The notes under the pieces were generated by a model. It was not told the origin of the DNA and searched no databases. It saw only the letters and a list, made by a program, of their open reading frames with translations. A stretch of DNA of 64,000 nucleotides. Source: an uncultured Bacilli bacterium. GTDB taxonomy: Bacteria > Bacillota_I > Bacilli_A > RF39 > UBA660. Positions 56,646-64,000 of this stretch are shown here, piece by piece (within the stretch, counting starts at the first letter, position 1; each line of letters starts with the position of its first letter). The DNA is taken from contig CANQIE010000002.1 in assembly GCA_947623935.1 (NCBI GenBank), forward strand, positions 2,481 to 66,480, given 5' to 3'. A program made the translations under genes and the position numbers.

Positions 56646-58589
56646 TTACGCTCCTATAGGCGTAAGAACGAGCCGGAACGAGTGAGTGCTGTGAGGCTCG
56701 CCATTCAAGACACCGAACCAGAACACCCCAGAAGACCTCCCATCATACCAGACAGCGCCGCGTTCGAACCACGGGTACGCAGAGTCTACAAATGAATGAT
56801 CATCTCCATACCATCCTGCGGTTTCGGATAAGGCGTGTCCGTAACATTCTCCATTTGTTGTACATGAGGTGGCTAGATTTGTTGTATATACATCATAATA
56901 CTTGGCATCTGGTAATTTATTACTATCATTACCTCCGTCAACAAATCCAGAAAATTTTATTGTTGGCTTACCATTTCCATCATTCAAAGCGCCCATGACA
57001 TATTCATATGCTCCACCACTCATATCGTAGACTCCTGTGATATTTCCTGTAGTAGAAGCTTTTTGACCATCAGTTGATTCATAAGTTTGACTACATGCTG
57101 CCACTCCTGTTGTATAACTACTACAACTATTTATTGTTACCTCTTTACTATTTTCATCATATGTTTCATTTCCGTATTTTCCATAAATACTTTGTGATAA
57201 GTAGGCTACTGCTCCCCATTCACTATTCTTACTCATGTGGGTATCTATGCTTCCATCACTACTGAATCCATATTTTGGTGCATTTGCTGCTGTTGTCATA
57301 TTTAATGCTGCATAAAACATATTTACTACTTTTACATTTCTCCATGATGTTGTATTTGGTTTTATAATCGGTGTTAAAGTTGAACTATCTGTTGTATATT
57401 GTTTTTCTTCATTACTAGTCTCAAATTTTCCATACCAGAATCCATCTAATTCTGTTCCACCAAAACTAAACGCTGGATGTACTTTATAATTGTCTGTATC
57501 TGCTGAAGTTACTTCTTTACTTATAAATTTTATATTTATTGCTCCTGGTTTTGTAGCAGTTCCTCCTGCATAACTTGCAATACTTACAGAATCATATTCG
57601 TATCTTGGTATCCATACCCACATTGTGTTGATATCTTCTGCAAGTATTTCTTCACCTGCTTCAGCACTTATATAATTTGCTCTTTTAGCATCGGTTACTG
57701 TTACTGCATTGGCCCACTTTTGCTTTGTATAATCGTACCAATCACTACTACTTGCTTTTTCCCATCTTTGGTCTACATCATCATATACTACAGGTACCAT
57801 TCCTGTTACTAGCTTTGGTACACTTGCTCCACTTGAATCTTGTGGTTTAGCATATGGATCGTCTCCTCCTGGTTCTACTTCTTCTTGTGGTTCAGTTGGA
57901 TCAGGAATTGCTTCATTTTGTGCATATACATTTACTTTTACAGAGAATGTCATATTGTTGTAAATCCATGCTCCATTTTCTACTTGATTAGCTTCTTCAG
58001 CAATCCACATTCTATATCTAAAATGCTTTTCATAATTGCTTTCACCATTTGCTATAGTTTCTCTATATAATGTTTTTGCAGCTGTATCTTCATCTTCTAA
58101 TATACTTGGTACTTTACTATCCCATAGAGCATTATATAGATTTAGATTTGTTTCTGTTGGTAATCCTGTTGTTTCCGGAGCACTTTCTATATCACTGCTT
58201 AAAGTAGTTAGATACGTCTTTACTACTTTCTCTGGTAACTCGCTTCTTTCATCTGTAGGAGCTACTTTTGTTAAATAGATTTCATAATGAATTGCTGCTC
58301 CTTCGGTCTTTGCTCTTACATCAAAATCAAAGACTCCGCTTTTATCTTTGTCTAGTGCTTCACCATCTTCATCACTCATAGGGAAAGCATTCATTAAAGA
58401 TACTCCTCCTGCACTACTTTTACTTTCATCATAAACAAAAGTTAATGTTCCTGTTTGAATCTTATTCTCGGTAGCTCCTTGTCTTGAATAATTAAAAAAG
58501 GCAAACGTTGCTCCTACCGTGATTAAGACTAAACTGAACACAAGTAGGCTTACTGCTATTAGTTCTTTCTTATTTCTTTTTTCTTTCAT
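56646..58589 (-). CDS. TasA/camelysin-like plus FGE-like surface protein, 648-aa member
   Basis: Start at MKEKRNKKELIAVSLLV, which has an AAAGGAG RBS. Carries TFAFFNYSRQGATENKIQTGTLTF, EWGAVAYLSQSIYGKYG and GNITGVYDMSGGAYEYVMGAL, and ends SFRLVLTPIGA. Confidence 0.6.
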   Translation of the reverse strand: MKEKRNKKELIAVSLLVFSLVLITVGATFAFFNYSRQGATENKIQTGTLTFVYDESKSSAGGVSLMNAFPMSDEDGEALDKDKSGVFDFDVRAKTEGAAIHYEIYLTKVAPTDERSELPEKVVKTYLTTLSSDIESAPETTGLPTETNLNLYNALWDSKVPSILEDEDTAAKTLYRETIANGESNYEKHFRYRMWIAEEANQVENGAWIYNNMTFSVKVNVYAQNEAIPDPTEPQEEVEPGGDDPYAKPQDSSGASVPKLVTGMVPVVYDDVDQRWEKASSSDWYDYTKQKWANAVTVTDAKRANYISAEAGEEILAEDINTMWVWIPRYEYDSVSIASYAGGTATKPGAINIKFISKEVTSADTDNYKVHPAFSFGGTELDGFWYGKFETSNEEKQYTTDSSTLTPIIKPNTTSWRNVKVVNMFYAALNMTTAANAPKYGFSSDGSIDTHMSKNSEWGAVAYLSQSIYGKYGNETYDENSKEVTINSCSSYTTGVAACSQTYESTDGQKASTTGNITGVYDMSGGAYEYVMGALNDGNGKPTIKFSGFVDGGNDSNKLPDAKYYDVYTTNLATSCTTNGECYGHALSETAGWYGDDHSFVDSAYPWFERGAVWYDGRSSGVFWFGVLNGEPHSTHSFRLVLTPIGA

Positions 58590-58698
58590 AATTTCTTCTA
58601 CTCCTTTTATATTTATTATTTTCATTATAGAGTCTTTTTATAATAAAAACTTCAAAGTTAACTAAAAAGAAACTTTTTTTCTTTCTATGTTTACATTT

Positions 58699-58731
58699 TT
58701 ATTATAAAATTGCCCCCCCCCATGTCAACTT
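58699..58731 (-). promoter_or_regulatory. promoter TTGACA-t-G9-caattt-TATAAT
   Basis: C9 on the plus strand at 58713..58721. The roughly 100-nt leader is conserved with the 32323 gene. Confidence 0.55.
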
Positions 58732-58813
58732 TTTGTTAACTTTTCTGTGACAATTTTTTGAACTTGACAGTTTTGGACAAAAGAAAAAGGACCGAATTGA
58801 TCCTTTGTTAATC

Positions 58814-59104
58814 TTATTCTCCTACAGGATAGCAACTAGCTTGCTTCTTATCTTTTCCTACTCGTTCAAACTTAACAATTCCATCTACTGTCGTAAATAA
58901 GGTATCATCTTTTCCTTTTTTAACATTTACACCAGGGAATACTTTTGTTCCTCTTTGACGATATAGAATAGATCCTGCTGTTACAAATTCGCCATCACTT
59001 GCTTTAGCACCAAGTCTACGTCCTATTGAATCACGACCATTGGAAGTAGAACCTTGTCCTTTGTGGTGTGCAAACAATTGAATGTTCAATTCTAAAAATC
59101 TCAT
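58814..59104 (-). CDS. rpmA: 50S ribosomal protein L27 with an N-terminal propeptide
   Basis: [26 protein letters not shown]... The [13 protein letters not shown] motif is the Prp cleavage site found in Firmicutes. Confidence 0.9.
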   Translation of the reverse strand: MRFLELNIQLFAHHKGQGSTSNGRDSIGRRLGAKASDGEFVTAGSILYRQRGTKVFPGVNVKKGKDDTLFTTVDGIVKFERVGKDKKQASCYPVGE

Positions 59105-59116
59105 GGATATTCCTCC

Positions 59117-59419
59117 TTAACTTATTTTTATATGTTCGGGATAGTCTTTTTCCAAATCTTTTAACAAATTTACCATATTGGTAATTAATACTTTTGTAAT
59201 ATCATTTTGTTTTAATACTTTGACTACCACTTTATCTTTTTCTTGTATTACTTCTAAATTCTCTTCATCAAACGAATTAATGCCATTCACACTGGTAATT
59301 AAAATACTACTAGCTGCCGCACATACAATATCTTTTCCATAATCATCGTATAAGGCATGACCTAGAAAAGTAACTTCGCTTATGAATTCATTTTGATAAG
59401 TAACTTCAACTTTTAACAT
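59117..59419 (-). CDS. prp: ribosomal-processing cysteine protease Prp (YsxB)
   Basis: Encoded between rplU and rpmA. GHA...DIVCAAASSIL Cys/His dyad. Confidence 0.8.
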   Translation of the reverse strand: MLKVEVTYQNEFISEVTFLGHALYDDYGKDIVCAAASSILITSVNGINSFDEENLEVIQEKDKVVVKVLKQNDITKVLITNMVNLLKDLEKDYPEHIKIS

Positions 59420-59424
59420 AATTT

Positions 59425-59724
59425 TTACCCAATTTTTGTAATTTCAACTTTGGTGTATGGTTGTCTATGTCCTTGGGTTAAGCGATTACTTCTTGATTTT
59501 TGTTTGTACTTGTAAACACGAATTTTCTTTTGTTTACCTTGTTTCACTATTTTACCTTGAACACTAGCACCTTTTACGTAAGGATTTCCTACTTTTGAAT
59601 CAAGCATTAAAACTTCATCAAAAGTAACCGTATCGCCTACTTCATTTGCTAATTTCTCTAAGTAAACAACATCTCCAACGGATACAATGTATTGTTTACC
59701 ACCGTTTTTAAATACCGCTTTCAT
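59425..59724 (-). CDS. rplU: 50S ribosomal protein L21
   Basis: MKAVFKNGGKQYIVSVGDVV... Confidence 0.9.
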   Translation of the reverse strand: MKAVFKNGGKQYIVSVGDVVYLEKLANEVGDTVTFDEVLMLDSKVGNPYVKGASVQGKIVKQGKQKKIRVYKYKQKSRSNRLTQGHRQPYTKVEITKIG

Positions 59725-59858
59725 ATATACCTCCTTATAATATTTACTAGACTCGCTTTTTAAGGTGGAAACTATTATGTTTCACTTCTACCTGTTCAAT
59801 GCGGTTTGAGCACAAGAGGCATCAAACACTAAGAGTTTACCATAAAACCTTGATAACG

Positions 59859-60731
59859 TCAATCTTTTTTAGTTATTTTAGGCTTATTTTTCGTATAGGT
59901 GTAGATTAAAATATGATTGTCTTTGTCGCCATAATATTCTTCTTTAAAATAATCATCTTCTACTTCCCAAGCAAAAACGCCATCTTGATTTAAAAGCGTA
60001 TAGGCTGCACATTTTCCTTCTTCATTCAAATGATGGTTAATCATGTATTTCGTAAAAGCGGTATAGAATTTTCTTCCTCTTCCATAAATCCAATCGTAAA
60101 TATTTGAGAAAAACATAGTATCATACTTTTCATCTTGAGAAAGAATGGAAGGAAGTCCATAATATTTGCTTTCGATAAAACGATAGTCTGCTTTTTGTAA
60201 TTGTTCTTTAGTCTTTTGATATCCTTCTTGGGTTAAATAACTTCCTTCATGAAAATTATCTAGTGTATGAGGCATGGCTAAAAAAGGAACTTTGGTATTT
60301 TGAGAGAATCCTTTTTGATACAGGTGATCCCAAAAAGTACGGGTATCATGTGCTAAATTTTTTCTTATTTTTTCATAGTAGCAAGAGGACTTAAAAGGAT
60401 TTTCTTTTTGGTACGCAAAAAAAGAAAGATATTCTTCTAAAGAAAGACTTTCAATAGAAGCCATTTTTAAGGCGGTTATATAATAAGCAAAACGATTTTG
60501 ATCGAAAGCCGTAATTTTTTTAGCTCCTTGATGCAGTGCTTCTAAAACATGATCACCACTTCCTGCCACGGTTAAAACGGAATTATCTTTAATCGGAAAC
60601 GATGAATAATAGAGGTAAAGGGCTTCATTGGTTTGAAAATACGGTGGATAATAACGTGTTGTATAGAAAGGGGGATTCTTTTGATTTATAAATCTTAATC
60701 CTTTTTTGATATCTTGGTCTAATAAATTCAT
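59859..60731 (-). CDS. putative SAM-dependent methyltransferase-like protein (DUF3419/BtaA-like?), trio paralog 3
   Basis: VLTVAGSGDHVLEALHQGAKKITAFDQN resembles MTase motif I and the post-I acidic residue. Three tandem paralogs share ...SNI(F/Y)DW... and end YTYTK. Confidence 0.4.
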   Translation of the reverse strand: MNLLDQDIKKGLRFINQKNPPFYTTRYYPPYFQTNEALYLYYSSFPIKDNSVLTVAGSGDHVLEALHQGAKKITAFDQNRFAYYITALKMASIESLSLEEYLSFFAYQKENPFKSSCYYEKIRKNLAHDTRTFWDHLYQKGFSQNTKVPFLAMPHTLDNFHEGSYLTQEGYQKTKEQLQKADYRFIESKYYGLPSILSQDEKYDTMFFSNIYDWIYGRGRKFYTAFTKYMINHHLNEEGKCAAYTLLNQDGVFAWEVEDDYFKEEYYGDKDNHILIYTYTKNKPKITKKD

Positions 60732-60787
60732 AGGTCACTCTCCTCTTTCATTTTATGAAGAGGATTTTTTTCTATACCCAAAGAAAA

Positions 60788-61651
60788 TTACTTTTTAGTA
60801 TAGGTATAGACAACTTCATCGTTTGTATAGTAAGCATTAGGATAAACTTTCTTTTGAATGTTGGAATTAATCTTGTCAAAAGAAATATTAGAAACGGTTA
60901 GATTACAAGGAGAAGCATAAAGAACACATTGTCCCTGTTTTTTCATATAAGGTTCAATTGTTTGTTGAATTAATGCGATATATTTTTTTTCTAAATAAGG
61001 ATTGAAATCATTTCCCAACCAATCAAAAATATTCGATAAAAGTACGGTATCAAACTGATCTTGATTGGTTAAATTAGACGCTAAATCTTCGAGACGACTA
61101 TCGATGAAACGATAAGAAACATTATGAATACGCGCTTTTAAAGTACGAAAATGCTCTTCTTCTAAATACGCATTTTCACCAATATTGGCATTGATCCCTG
61201 GTCCGATGAGATAGGTATTCTTTTTTTCAAATCCAGCCTTGTACATGGCTTTCCAAAAATCATAGGCATCCTGAGGTAAATAATCTTTAAAAGTATCAAA
61301 GATATTGTAACTAAATTCAAGTGGGCTAAAAACATCAAAGTAGAGTTTAAAAGGAAGACAATCAAGTCCCTTAATAGCTGCTATTTTTAAAAGTGTATAG
61401 TAATAAGTAAAACGATTTTGATCAAAGAAAGTAATTTCTTTGGCTCCATTTAAAATAGCTTGTAATAAATGATCACCACTTCCGGTAACTGTTAAGACTT
61501 TTCCTCCTTTGATCTTTAAATCTTGATAGTATAGAGAAAGGGCTTCATTAGTAAAACGAAAAAGAAGATCATAAGAAGCCGTACTAAATATTCTTTCTTC
61601 GCCTTTTAAAAAAATAAGTCCTTGTTGAATGTCTTTTTCTAATAAATCCAT
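60788..61651 (-). CDS. same family, trio paralog 2
   Basis: VLTVTGSGDHLLQAILNGAKEITFFDQN. Ends YTYTKK. Confidence 0.4.
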   Translation of the reverse strand: MDLLEKDIQQGLIFLKGEERIFSTASYDLLFRFTNEALSLYYQDLKIKGGKVLTVTGSGDHLLQAILNGAKEITFFDQNRFTYYYTLLKIAAIKGLDCLPFKLYFDVFSPLEFSYNIFDTFKDYLPQDAYDFWKAMYKAGFEKKNTYLIGPGINANIGENAYLEEEHFRTLKARIHNVSYRFIDSRLEDLASNLTNQDQFDTVLLSNIFDWLGNDFNPYLEKKYIALIQQTIEPYMKKQGQCVLYASPCNLTVSNISFDKINSNIQKKVYPNAYYTNDEVVYTYTKK

Positions 61652-61666
61652 AACCTCTTCTCCTTT

Positions 61667-62500
61667 CTATTTTTTGGTGTACATAAAGACCTTGTAGTTG
61701 GTCTTTTTACTTTCTATAGAAACCGTTTCAAATGCTTGCATTTCATAAGGAAAATAATAATCATAAAGACCACTATAAACTACACATTTACCATCTTCTT
61801 TTAGTAAGGGTGCAAGTTCTTCCTTTATAAAATTTGGATAGGCTTTGACTTGTTTTTTATTTAACCAATCAAAAATATTGGAAAGAAAAATAGTGTCAAA
61901 GGTTCCTTGCTCTTTTTCTAAAACAAATGGTAGATCAAATAGATCGGTGGTCATGAAACGAAGTTGTACGTTTTTTAATTGCTCTTGTAAAAGAACATAG
62001 TTTTGAGGCTGTAAAAACGTTTTCATGCTTGCAAAATAATTCATTGGAAAATAGCAGAGATATTTTCTATTTTGAAAGAAATCCTTTTCTTTATAAAGAG
62101 ATTCCCAAAAGAGGCGTACATCGTCTTTTAAATAAGGGCATAAAAAATCAAAACCCTCTTCGTTTAACATGGTTTTCATATGTTCAAAAAAACGACAATA
62201 GGTCTTTAAGTCCATCGTTTCTATGGCCGTTAGTTTTAAAGAAGTTAAATAGTAGGTTAAGGGATTGACATCAAAAGAGACAACTTCTTTGGCACCTTCT
62301 AAAGCAGCCTGTAAAAGATGGTCTCCACTTCCTGTAACGGTGATGATTTTAGCATCTTTCACCTTAAAATGAGGATAATAATAAGACAAAGGTTCATTCG
62401 TTCGTATATAAAACTTACCATAGCCCATTTGAGGATGAAAATTCTCATCATTTTGCTCTAATAAAGCTATGGCCTCTTTAATATCTTCTTCTACTTCCAT
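61667..62500 (-). CDS. same family, trio paralog 1
   Basis: IITVTGSGDHLLQAALEGAKEVVSFDVN. Ends MYTKK. Confidence 0.4.
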   Translation of the reverse strand: MEVEEDIKEAIALLEQNDENFHPQMGYGKFYIRTNEPLSYYYPHFKVKDAKIITVTGSGDHLLQAALEGAKEVVSFDVNPLTYYLTSLKLTAIETMDLKTYCRFFEHMKTMLNEEGFDFLCPYLKDDVRLFWESLYKEKDFFQNRKYLCYFPMNYFASMKTFLQPQNYVLLQEQLKNVQLRFMTTDLFDLPFVLEKEQGTFDTIFLSNIFDWLNKKQVKAYPNFIKEELAPLLKEDGKCVVYSGLYDYYFPYEMQAFETVSIESKKTNYKVFMYTKK

Positions 62501-62585
62501 ACAAAAACCCCACTTCGTTTATGGGGCTTATAATAGCATAAAATGTATCTTTTGTCTAGGGAGAAAGATAATAGAAGAAGATCTT

Positions 62586-64000
62586 TTAGACTTCTTGAAT
62601 AACGGTAATAATCATCGGTTTACATTCGGTTTCGCGATAGAAGAATTTACCTAATTGATCTCTAATATCACTTTTGATTTCGCTATAGTCAAGATGATGA
62701 GCATCTTCCGTAATATGAGATGTAATCACTTCTTGACAAATTTTCCTTGCTTCATCGATCAATTCTTGACTTTCTCTTACAAAGATGAAACCACGGGTCA
62801 TAATTTCAGGTCCTGCTAAAATGTTTTTGGTTACTTTATCGAGCGTACAACTCACAATCACTATGCCGTTTTCACCTAACATTTCACGATCTTTAACAAC
62901 AAGTTCACCAATATCACCATTGCTCTTGCCATCGATTAGAACATCATCCACTGGAACATGATCGATTTCATCGATTAAGTTTCCATTTAAGAAAGTAGCC
63001 ACATCACCATTTTGTTTTAAAATGATATTTTCTTTAGGAATTCCTAATTCTAAAGCAATATCGGCATTCATCACTTGGTGACGGTACTCTCCTTTTACAG
63101 GGAAATAATATTTAGGATTCATCAAATTAATCATCAACATTAAGTCTTCACGAGAAGCATGATGAAGCAAATGTTTTTTAGGAGATAAAGCCACCACATC
63201 GATATTTTGCATCGCAATTTCATCCATGATGACGGCAAGTCGTTTTTCGATTCCTTCATAACTAGGCTCCGTAATAAAAATGGTATCACTTTCTCTTAAT
63301 TTGATGTATTTGTCATACCCTTTTAAAATACGTTCTAGGTTCATGAAAGGTTTTTCTTTTTCATCGGATATTAAGATGACGACGCCTTTTTCATTTAAGG
63401 TTAAAAGGTCGCCAATTCTACTCTTATCGAATTTTAAATAGCCCATGTCCATGGCTCTATTGACAGATTCTTGTAAGGCTTTCCCCATGATGACCACTTT
63501 CCGTTTGGTCTTCATAACTTCGTTAAACAATTCTTGAATACGATAAATATGGGCTGGGAAAATCGTTGCAATAATACGGTCTTCTTTTTTTCGTAAGATT
63601 TCTCTTATATATTCGCTAATACGGTTATTAGGAGACGTATGTCCTTGTTTTTCAGCATAGAAAGATTCCGCTAAAAGACAAAGTACCCCTTGTTTTCCTA
63701 CATAAGCAAGTTTCCCAATATCGGTCTTATAAGGACCCATCGCAGTCGCATCAAAGACAAAGTCACCAGTATAGACAATGGCACCATCCTTGGTATATAA
63801 CACATAACATACGGCATCTGGAATCGAGTGCGTTACACTAATAGGAAAAACCGCTAAGTCATCACCAAAATCGATTTTGGAATGCGGTCTTATCTCTTTT
63901 AAGTTGGTCGCATTAATGCCAGACTCTAGCAAATCTTGTCTTAAAATATCCATCGTAAACTTGGTAGCATATACCGCTAAATCGGGTATCTCTCTTAAAA
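62586..64000 (-). CDS. rnj: ribonuclease J (beta-CASP metallo-beta-lactamase), C-terminal two-thirds; the N-terminus lies beyond the window end
   Basis: The reading frame stays open to position 64000. The beta-CASP and C-terminal domain similarity is to RNase J1/J2. Confidence 0.7.
   Translation of the reverse strand, partial: LREIPDLAVYATKFTMDILRQDLLESGINATNLKEIRPHSKIDFGDDLAVFPISVTHSIPDAVCYVLYTKDGAIVYTGDFVFDATAMGPYKTDIGKLAYVGKQGVLCLLAESFYAEKQGHTSPNNRISEYIREILRKKEDRIIATIFPAHIYRIQELFNEVMKTKRKVVIMGKALQESVNRAMDMGYLKFDKSRIGDLLTLNEKGVVILISDEKEKPFMNLERILKGYDKYIKLRESDTIFITEPSYEGIEKRLAVIMDEIAMQNIDVVALSPKKHLLHHASREDLMLMINLMNPKYYFPVKGEYRHQVMNADIALELGIPKENIILKQNGDVATFLNGNLIDEIDHVPVDDVLIDGKSNGDIGELVVKDREMLGENGIVIVSCTLDKVTKNILAGPEIMTRGFIFVRESQELIDEARKICQEVITSHITEDAHHLDYSEIKSDIRDQLGKFFYRETECKPMIITVIQEV

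Noticed and set aside
56613-56795. 60-aa plus-strand ORF in the GC-rich region downstream of the family gene
   Set aside because: It is antisense to the C-terminus of the 56646..58589 gene. The local GC-richness inflates the chance of open frames.
1-64000. Looked for CRISPR arrays, rRNA or tRNA genes and IS elements with terminal inverted repeats
   Set aside because: No regularly spaced direct repeats, no rRNA- or tRNA-like conserved blocks, and no transposase-like ORF were seen.

Overview
This window is 64 kb of a low-GC (roughly 30% GC) Firmicutes chromosome, and almost every gene lies on the minus strand. The organism looks Erysipelotrichia- or Bacilli-like. It retains yqfC/yqfD sporulation-type genes, and its ribosomal protein L27 carries a propeptide with the Prp protease encoded beside it. 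A conserved housekeeping backbone is recognisable: ppdK (5' part), tdk, an Xer-family recombinase, topA, rnhB, rbgA, lepB, rplS, trmD, rimM, a TrmH-family methylase, dtd, relA, proS-glyQS behind a T-box-like leader, recO, era, cdd, dgkA, ybeY, rpmA-prp-rplU and rnj (5' part off-window). Accessory material interrupts this backbone in several places. The most striking feature is a dispersed family of four paralogous surface proteins. Each has a TasA/camelysin-type N-terminal signal region and domain, and three of the four also carry a C-terminal domain resembling the formylglycine-generating-enzyme (FGE) family. Every member is preceded by a conserved promoter whose -35/-10 spacer contains an exact nine-base G tract (C9 on the plus strand), which is a classic phase-variation architecture. 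The 3' ends of these genes are anomalously GC-rich, and a silent copy of one 3' end lies downstream of a family member. A second accessory system is a prepilin-type protein of 603 aa with a cysteine-rich, thrombospondin-like C-terminus. It sits behind a GC-rich structured leader that ends in a terminator, and an adjacent membrane-anchored gene follows it. A third is a family of seven cytoplasmic paralogs of unknown function. Two are in tandem with a homogenised 424-bp segment, and five form an array joined by 1-nt intergenic gaps with translational coupling, directly followed by an N-terminally truncated RlmN/Cfr-type radical SAM enzyme. An AT-rich element remnant carries a KilA-N protein, a large serine recombinase, a uracil-DNA glycosylase and a frameshifted GNAT gene, plus an att-like 50-bp imperfect palindrome. 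The window also holds two YfhO-family glycosyltransferases with a divergent flippase, a tandem paralog pair, and a tandem trio of methyltransferase-like paralogs. No CRISPR array, rRNA or tRNA was seen.
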